Source of the DNA: Macrostomum lignano
Taxonomy: Eukaryota
DNA length: 64,000 nt
Reading direction: 5' to 3'
Assembly (NCBI GenBank): GCA_002269645.1
Contig: NIVC01001918.1
Span: 62,001-126,000 of the forward strand
Part shown: positions 57,677 to 64,000 of the stretch, piece by piece
Layout: the number at the start of each line of letters is the position of its first letter
How positions within the stretch are numbered: position 1 is the stretch's first letter
The notes under the pieces: model-generated
The model's database searches: none
Told to the model about the DNA's origin: nothing
What the model saw: only the letters and a program-made list of their open reading frames with translations
Program-made: the position numbers and the translations under genes

Positions 57677-58870
57677 ATAACTAACTAACTAACTAACTAA
57701 CTAACGAACGAATGAACAAAATGCTTGTGTAAATCTTCCTTTCGTGAGTTGCCTATGCAAGCAGCTTCCTCAAATTTGCAAAAAGCCACGGAGCTCAACC
57801 AGACTCCCAGCTTCATCCGGCTCGCAGTCACGCAATTTCCGGGATGCACCGTGACTCTGAGGCTGCGCTACAATCACTACAGCTAAAACGTCTAAATTAC
57901 AATTAAAACGTCTGCAGGCACTGCCCGTTACAGACCAGTGGAGGACAGAAATTCATTAATCCAGAGGCCCAGGGTCTCTATTCAAAATTCATAAGCTGGA
58001 TCTTATTGTTGTTTTTAACCCCGAATTAACAAACTCCCACCGTCTACCTCAATTATGCTTATAAAACTCGCGTAAATCTGGCAACACTTTTAATAGTCAA
58101 AATTAACAATTTCGCTGACCCCTGGGCGCATACAAGCACGCGCCAATACTGTACGCAGGCACACACACACACGCTCACACAGGATGTACAGTGACTTTCT
58201 AATCATCAGGCATGTACACTATCTGTGCCTTGGGGGGGGGGGGGGTTGGCCCTCATGGGACCACCACCCCTCGGCCAGATGAATCAGACGCGTTTACCGC
58301 CTCGTGCATCCTGCTGTAGGTGACAGAAAACTAAAAAAAACATGCCAAGAAACTCACTGGAGCCTGCGGCTTCTTCTGCTGCTTCTCCGCCTGGGCGTGC
58401 AGCAGCATCTCAACGGCAACAACGTTCTCTTCCTGGATGGCGTGCAGCAGGGCGTCGCCCAACTCCAAGAAGCCGAAGCTGAGCAGCATCTCCAGCAGTT
58501 CGATGTGCTCAAACTCGATGGCGATTAGCACAGCCGATCGACCGAGCGAATCCACGCAGTTGACGTTGACGCTCAGCGTTTCGGCGTTTTCAACGTACTG
58601 CCGCACGCTGGTCATGTCGCCCATCTCCACTGAAAGCAGGTAGCGCCGCTCGTTCGAGTTCAAATCGACGTCCTTCTGCAGCAGGCCGCTGCCGCCGCCC
58701 ATGCCGCCGCCTCCGCAGCTTCCGAGGCCGTCCAGTCCGCAGCCAACGCCACCGCCGCCGCCGCCGCCGCCGCCGCTGCCGCCTCCGCTGCACTGATCGA
58801 TGCCTAGGTCCTCCATCATCTGGTACAGCTGGCGGCCTCGCTCGGCGTCGATGGAGCCCGGACTGCTCAT
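22446..58870 (-). CDS. TRPC: TRPC-family (trp/trpl/trp-gamma-like) cation channel; exons 58870-58358, 51245-50706, 47238-47004, 46428-46307, 41469-41330, 40386-40013, 32953-32853, 26424-26330, 25000-24806, 24307-24082, 22984-22446 (about 1026 aa; 1-nt deletion in exon 4)
   Basis: Ankyrin repeats ([30 protein letters not shown]), TRP_2 motif CACDEC, KQKK|[25 protein letters not shown]4-S5 linker [12 protein letters not shown], pore LYWSTYGL, S6 [13 protein letters not shown] box [20 protein letters not shown] junctions are phase-consistent except that exon 4 is 122 nt. The last acceptor (22984) was chosen by phase. Confidence 0.9.
23632..24050. repeat. 21-bp minisatellite (GCTGATGAGTGTGTCTAACAG), TRPC intron 10
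   Basis: About 20 units near the donor at 24081. Confidence 0.95.
24345..24790. repeat. 21-bp minisatellite (TGCTAGGTGATTGTGAATGGT), TRPC intron 9
   Basis: Fills almost the whole 498-nt intron. Confidence 0.95.
25037..25545. repeat. ~27-29 bp G-rich minisatellite (GGGAGGGTCAGAGAGAGAAAGGGGGTAGC), TRPC intron 8
   Basis: Visible periodicity. Confidence 0.93.
25890..26272. repeat. 18/36-bp minisatellite (CTTTCACCAACCCACACTCCTTTACCAACCCACCCA), TRPC intron 8
   Basis: Visible periodicity. Confidence 0.9.
26895..31472 (+). CDS. Nested Delta/DSL-like type I membrane protein without EGF repeats; exons 26895-26975, 27905-28029, 28803-28917, 28995-29188, 29708-29945, 30342-30454, 31124-31472 (about 404 aa)
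   Basis: Signal peptide [28 protein letters not shown]2/MNNL-like [31 protein letters not shown]...[15 protein letters not shown]...[11 protein letters not shown]-like [24 protein letters not shown]...C..TG...[28 protein letters not shown] followed by RRCVRPKKR. All six introns are GT-AG with matching phases (0,2,0,2,0,2); total 1215 nt. Confidence 0.82.
27037..27882. repeat. 41-bp minisatellite (GGATAAAGGATTAGAATGGATTGCTAATCTATAGCCTACAT), left arm
   Basis: About 20 units; reverse complement of the array at 32371-32753. Confidence 0.95.
28158..28785. repeat. 30-bp minisatellite (ATAAGAATCTCACCCAAGAGAATCGCCCCT)
   Basis: About 21 units, ending 17 nt before the acceptor at 28802. Confidence 0.95.
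29265..29672. repeat. (TTTATCAG/CTTATCAG)n array
   Basis: Roughly 50 units of about 8 bp in DSL-like intron 4. Confidence 0.95.
29990..30238. repeat. 12-bp repeat (GCTAGAGTGACA/GATAGAGTGACA)
   Basis: Visible periodicity, degenerate. Confidence 0.8.
30543..31045. repeat. 37-bp minisatellite (GGGAGTGAGGTGGCTGCAGGAGGGGTTGGAGTAAACA)
   Basis: About 13 units in DSL-like intron 6. Confidence 0.95.
31515..31740. repeat. 59-bp tandem repeat (about 4 copies) in the DSL-like 3' UTR
   Basis: GAATATTAG anchor at 31582, 31641 and 31700. Confidence 0.85.
31814..31819 (+). terminator. Candidate polyadenylation signal for the nested DSL-like gene
   Basis: AATAAA about 340 nt after the stop codon. Confidence 0.4.
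32371..32753. repeat. 41-bp minisatellite, right arm (inverted relative to 27037-27882)
   Basis: GATTAGCAATCCATTCTAATCCTTTATCCATGTAGGCTATA, about 9 units. Confidence 0.95.
33535..35275. repeat. (CTCCT)n polypyrimidine array with higher-order variant blocks
   Basis: Direct reading. Confidence 0.97.
35933..39660. repeat. (CTCCCT/CTCCAT)n hexamer array, about 3.7 kb
   Basis: Direct reading. Confidence 0.97.
40590..41215. repeat. 14-bp polypurine array (GAGGGAGAGGGTGA)n, TRPC intron 5
   Basis: Direct reading. Confidence 0.95.
41828..42160. repeat. ~18-bp minisatellite (CTCAAGCTCGAAACTTCT)
   Basis: Visible periodicity. Confidence 0.9.
42880..43675. repeat. 30-bp minisatellite (CTCTTCACCCCCTCTGGCCCCTCTCACAGT)
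   Basis: About 26 units. Confidence 0.95.
44925..46090. repeat. Tandem duplication of a ~582-bp segment bounded by (CT)n tracts
   Basis: ACGAACTACTTGTC at 45001 and 45583. The copies look identical except for homopolymer and microsatellite lengths (C8 vs C11). Confidence 0.92.
46471..46794 (-). mobile_element. tRNA-derived SINE with conserved CORE/V-like central domain
   Basis: On -: A-box-like TAGTGGTCAGAG, B-box GGTTCGATTC (46743-46734), then TGTGTCCTTGAGCAAGACACTTAAC...CACCCAGCTGTAAAGTGGG, and a (TTA/TTTA)n tail. Confidence 0.8.
47270..47600. repeat. 23-bp minisatellite (CTGACACTCAAGTTGGCACCCAC) next to the TRPC exon 3 acceptor
   Basis: About 14 units. Confidence 0.9.
49020..49815. repeat. 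17-18 bp minisatellite (AATCCAATCAAACTGTC)
   Basis: Visible periodicity. Confidence 0.93.
51335..52925. repeat. 12-bp-based composite minisatellite (CTACCTGCCTGT with CTACCAGCCTAT variants)
   Basis: Visible periodicity with higher-order blocks. Confidence 0.95.
53540..54105. repeat. 28-bp minisatellite (TAGACAGGGACTCGGGAACAGGGACTTA)
   Basis: About 20 units. Confidence 0.95.
54410..56085. repeat. 34-bp minisatellite (GTAGCATCATTAGCCTTGCTATTAGCCTCACTCT)
   Basis: About 49 units. Confidence 0.96.
56804..57705. repeat. Compound tetranucleotide microsatellite (GACT)n-(AACT)n
   Basis: Unit switches near 57292. Confidence 0.97.
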
Positions 58871-58999
58871 GACTGCAGCAAACTGCTCAAACTATGGCAG
58901 TGGGCCAGGCCTGCGGACCTGAGAGGGCAGGCGGTGGGGGGGGGGGCGTGGCGGCTGGGGCCTCAGCTGTCTGGATGCCTCGCCTCTCAATTGTCAAGA

Positions 59000-59077
59000 G
59001 TCTGAATGCAACAGTTGCAGAATGGCACTGGGGCTGCAGTCTGAATGCAACAGTTGCAGAATGGCACTGGGGCTGCA
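59000..59077. repeat. Exact 39-bp direct duplication upstream of the TRPC start
   Basis: GTCTGAATGCAACAGTTGCAGAATGGCACTGGGGCTGCA twice. Confidence 0.9.
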
Positions 59078-59254
59078 GTCAGCGGCTGGAAGAGCTTCAC
59101 TGAGAGGCAGAAATTTGACGGCGCGCAACAGACAATGGAGAGAGAAAAATAAAGTTGAGTCGCGCTCAAATCATCCCCTGCCAGCCTGGCTTGCTGTGCT
59201 TCTGTTCTGCCCGCTTTCACTGACGGCTTCACATTGATTTACTCAGCCTAGTCA

Positions 59255-59415
<161 letters not shown>

Positions 59416-60252
59416 AGAGGGACTGAAAGCAGGTAGCGGGCAGTGGGCAGCTGCACAGGAAAGCGGAGTCATCGAGGCTATGCAGGGATGGCTGTGCAGC
59501 GGCGGTGTTTTGGGATCAGAAATCACAGCCAGTGGGGAGGGGGTATTGCAGTCAGCCGCCAGAGATCCGGGAGAAGGCGGCCGCGCCAAGCCAGCTGCGG
59601 GCAACGGCAACGCACTGGGCGGGAAGCTGCACAGAAATAGAAACGATGGAGCTACTGGAATCGAATCCGGGAAGCTGATGGGGGAGGGTAGGATGAAGGG
59701 GAAGGGAAACACTGGAAGTACGGCTGGCTGTTGCAAATTCTAATTAGCATTTCTGCCCAGAGATTCACTGGCAACCCGGGGGGGGGGTGGCCAGCCATCC
59801 AACAAAAAAACATTGGGGCGACGGCTGGCGCAGCGCAAAAATCTCGTCGCAAATGGTTACGGGCAGGCGTGTCGTGTCGGCTTCAATAAAGAAATTGCGC
59901 GTATTGGAATGCGGCTCTATTTGGTTGACGCGGAGAGACACTGGCGGAGGTGGTCACGGGGATCCAGGTGTGACTTCCAGGACTTGAGGGTTAGGGGTGG
60001 GAAGAGGCTTATCTCTACTGGATTGAGGTGAAAATAGTCTGCAGAGCTGCTGAGCATGTCATGATAGTGTTTATCTTGATAAGCATCTCATCTCCCTACC
60101 CAGGCAGTCATGAACAATATCTGGGAATAATTTCCTCTGCTGGTACCCGGCAATGACTGCTTCGAAATTGATTATTATAGGATCAGGAAATGTTAAAGGT
60201 GAGAAAATGGCTTGCATGGATAGAGAAGCTATGGATTAGATTGGATTGGATT

Positions 60253-60650
60253 GGGAGGCAGCGGCGCCCACTGAAGCCTCATGGGAGGCAGCGGCGCCCA
60301 CTGAAGCCTCATGGGAGGCAGCGGCGCCCACTGAAGCCTCATGGGAGGCAGCGGCGCCCACTGAAGCCTCATGGGAGGCAGCGGCGCCCACTGGAGCCTC
60401 ATGGGAGGCAGCGGCGCCCACTGAAGCCTCATGGGAGGCAGCGGCGCCCACTGGAGCCTCATGGGAGGCAGCGGCGCCCACTGAAGCTCCGTGGGAGGCA
60501 GCGGCTAGCGGCGCCCCACTGAAGCTCCGTGGGAGGCAGCGGCGCCCCACTGAAGCTCCGTGCGAGACAGCGGTGCCCGCTGAAGCTCTGTGGGAGGCAG
60601 CGGCGCCCCGCTGAAGCTCTGTGGGAGGCAGCGGCGCCTGCTGAAGCTCC
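60253..60650. repeat. 30-bp GC-rich minisatellite (GGGAGGCAGCGGCGCCCACTGAAGCCTCAT)
   Basis: About 13 units, degenerating to the right. Confidence 0.93.
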
Positions 60651-61399
60651 GTGGAAGGTCCCTCTAACCGAACAAAGCATTACCTGGACCAGCGCTCGAG
60701 CGCATCAACTCAGAGCGACAGGAGTAAAGTCAGCAACAGACTGGCATGCCTCCTTGATCTGAACTCGGTAGTCCTCTCCGGCTGTCCTCTCGTCCTTGCC
60801 AATAACTCGATATTGATTGACTGACAGTTTTATAATGACGATCCCGATCCGCCTTGGCCAACGTCTTCTGTCTCTAGCTCTCTCTCTCTCTCTTGGTCTC
60901 TCTTACTCTCTTTTTCAACTATACGCTTAATCGTCTCTTATTCGTTCCTATATTATACTGTCTAGTGGCGGGCCAAATCCCCTCTAAAGCTTTTTGTCTC
61001 TTTGGAAATTTTTAGCCGCTGCTGCTGACTCGCCTTGGCAAAGAACGGGCGCAGCTGCCCCTCCCGCTCTCTCTCTCTCTCTTCGCTGATCTGTGCACCC
61101 CGACGCACAAGGGTGGGTTGGTCAGTGTTGGCGACCAATGGCAAATCTGGACTGCAATACGGTAACCTCATTGGCTTACTATTCACTGTTTTAGTTTATT
61201 CAATGCCACCTCCCTCCCCACTTCTGACTGGCAGGTTTCAGTTTCTCTGTTCTGTGCTGGGCCTTCTGTTCAATCCTTGCTGCGGATCACTTGGACCCGG
61301 CTTATTTGTCTGGCGTCCTTTCGAATCGGGGAGATGCAGACGGCAGACAGGAGTGCAAGGGAGAGGAGAAACGGGAAGCGGAAAGATGGGGGAGACGGT

Positions 61400-63025
61400 G
61401 CATGGGAGAAGGTGGAGAGGAGATGGCGGAAAGGAGAGGGTGGAGAGGAGATGGCGGAAAGGAGAGGGTGGAGAGGAGATGGTGAAGAGGAGAGGGTGGA
61501 GAGGAGACGGTGAAGAGGAGATGGTGGAGAGGAGAGGGTGGAGAGGAGAGGGTGGAGAGGAGAGGGTGGAGAGGAGAGGGTGGAGAGGAGAGGGTAGAGA
61601 GGAGAGGAGAGGGTGGAGAGGAGAGGGTGGAGAGGAGAGGGTGGAGAGGAGAGGGTGGAGAGGAGACGGTGGAGAGGAGACGGTGGAGAGGAGACGGTGG
61701 AGAGGAGACGGTGGAGAGGAGACGGTGGAGAGGAGACGGTGGAGAGGAGACGGTGGAGAGGAGACGGTGGAGAGGAGACGGTGAAGAGGAGATGGTGGAG
61801 AGGAGAGGGTGGAGAGGAGAGGATAGGGTGGAGAGGAGAGGGTGGAGAGGAGAGGGTGGAGAGGAGAGGGTGGAGAGGAGAGGAGAGGGTGGAGAGGAGA
61901 CGGTGGAGAGGAGACGGTGGAGAGGAGAGGGTGGAGAGGAGAGGATAGGGTGGAGAGGAGAGGGTGGAGAGGAGACGGTGGAGAGGAGACGGTGGAGAGG
62001 AGACGGTGGAGAGGAGACGGTGGAGAGGAGACGGTGGAGAGGAGAGGGTGGAGAGGAGAGGGTGGAGAGGAGAGGAGAGGGTGGAGAGGAGAGGGTGGAG
62101 AGGAGAGGAGAGGGTGGAGAGGAGACGGTGGAGAGGAGACGGTGGAGAGGAGACGGTGGAGAGGAGAGGGTGGAGAGGAGAGGGTGGAGAGGAGAGGATA
62201 GGGTGGAGAGGAGAGGGTGGAGAGGAGACGGTGGAGAGGAGAGGGTGGAGAGGAGACGGTGGAGAGGAGACGGTGGAGAGGAGACGGTGGAGAGGAGACG
62301 GTGGAGAGGAGAGGGTGGAGAGGAGAGGAGAGGGTGGAGAGGAGAGGAGAGGGTGGAGAGGAGAGGGTGGAGAGGAGACGGTGGAGAGGAGAGGGTGGAG
62401 AGGAGAGGGTGGAGAGGAGAGGGTGGAGAGGAGAGGAGACGGTGGAGAGGAGACGGTGGAGAGGAGAGGGTGGAGAGGAGAGGAGACGGTGGAGAGGAGA
62501 GGGTGGAGAGGAGATGGTGGAGAGGAGATGGTGTAGAGGAGAGGGTGGAGAGGAGAGGGTGGAGAGGAGAGGGTGGAGAGGAGAGGAGAGGGTGGAGAGG
62601 AGAGGGTGGAGAGGAGACGGTGGAGAGGAGACGGTGGAGAGGAGAGGGGGGATAGGAGAGGGTGGAGAGGAGAGGGTGGAGAGGAGAGGATAGGGTGGAG
62701 AGGAGAGGGTGGAGAGGAGACGGTGGAGAGGAGAGGATGAGGAGGAGAGGGTGGAGAGGAGAGGGTGGAAAGGAGAGGGTGGAGAGGAGAGGGGTGATAG
62801 GAGAGGGTGGAGAGGAGAGGGTGGAGAGGAGACGGTAGAGAGGAGAGGGTGGAGAGGAGACGGTAGAGAGGAGAGGGTGGAGAGGAGAGGGTGGAGAGGA
62901 GACGGTGGAGAGGAGACGGTGGAGAGGAGACGGTGGAGAGGAGACGGTGGAGAGGAGACGGTGGAGAGGAGACGGTGGAGAGGAGACGGTGGAGAGGAGA
63001 CGGTGGAGAGGAGACGGTGGAGAGA
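61400..63025. repeat. 14-bp-based polypurine array (GAGGGTGGAGAGGA/GACGGTGGAGAGGA)n
   Basis: Direct reading. Confidence 0.96.
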
Positions 63026-64000
63026 TGTTGAAGGATGAGTGAGGAGAGAGTGAATTGAATTCCAGACGGGGGGCATACTAGATGTAGTGGCGAAATTGAA
63101 AGCCAGTTCACCCGAATCAATAGGGTGCTGGATAAACGCCCAGTCCAATTTGTAATGATTGATTTCCTAGAAGCAGACGCAGGGTCCGCTTCTGTTAGGG
63201 CAGCAGACTTTGGTAATATAATAACTAAACTCCGTTGGTTGAGGCTCTCGCTGTCTAACTGTAAATATCTTTGCTTGATTCTGCGACCGACCGTCTGCAG
63301 GAAGAAGATTCTGCAGGGACTAAGTATACGTGGAGAGCATCTCATAATATCTGTTGCTGTTCACCTCAGTCTCCCCTCAGACCGGTTGCGGCTTCCTTCC
63401 TCTGCTTATCGCTGATCTCAACACTCCCCGCCCTCATCCTTGATCCGCGCCAGCGGCTGGAGACTCAGCCCAAGCGGGCGGATTCTACGGTCCCAAGGGA
63501 CTGCCGAACTGGCCTGCTACGTGTAATAAATCACTGGCTGATGGAGGCCGGGATTCAGCAGTTACGGATGCCGGGAGATTTTGAAATTGAAAACGAACCA
63601 GTTTTTTTCTAGAAAACAGCCCCTTAATTTTCTTAGTTAAGCGCTGATGCACTGGTGCACGAATCGCGCATTTCTGTGTGCTGTTCAAGTGCACATTTAT
63701 GAAAATACCACCCAGAGACGGAGTGGCCGGCCCTAATACTCTCTCTTAATTAGCAGCCTAAAGGTGGGACGCAAAATTAATGCGCAGCGCATGGTTTATG
63801 GCATCCGGCATAGTGCGCGGACAATTTTTTCTTGCTTTTGAATTTGTTTTTGTAATCCAGTGCAACCTTTTGTACAATCTTGGGGGAGCGCGCGAGAGAG
63901 ATTTGAAGAGAGGCAAGAGGGGGGATTTCGATTAAACAATGTTTGTATCCCACTCTGGAATTTAAAAATCATGTCAGGCTGAGATCCCAAGGTAGACTAT

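Noticed and set aside
63100-64000. Short ORFs at the window end
   Set aside because: No motif or exon-like codon bias that I can support.

Overview
Eukaryotic (animal) genomic DNA, not prokaryotic. GC-rich exons are separated by introns that usually hold a private minisatellite. The style resembles free-living flatworm (Macrostomum-like) assemblies, but the taxon is only an inference. I reconstructed four spliced genes by hand from splice sites and reading phase. (1) A 5-exon, 7-EC protocadherin (+, 5209-12429). (2) A 5-exon EPHX3/4-family epoxide-hydrolase-like gene (+, 13917-20926), with a GC-AG intron and both ring-opening tyrosines apparently substituted. (3) An 11-exon TRPC-family channel (-, 58870-22446), with a 1-nt frameshift in exon 4. 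(4) A 7-exon antisense gene nested in TRPC intron 7 (+, 26895-31472), absent as such from the ORF track. It encodes a minimal Delta/DSL-like membrane protein: signal peptide, C2/MNNL domain, compressed DSL, no EGF repeats, TM and tail. Mobile DNA comprises the 3' part of an intact Ty3/Gypsy element with a 164-bp LTR, a hAT-type MITE with an 8-bp TSD, a mariner derivative with 198-bp TIRs and a tRNA-derived SINE. Most long ORFs in the supplied track are translations of tandem repeats. All coordinates were hand-counted; repeat boundaries are approximate.
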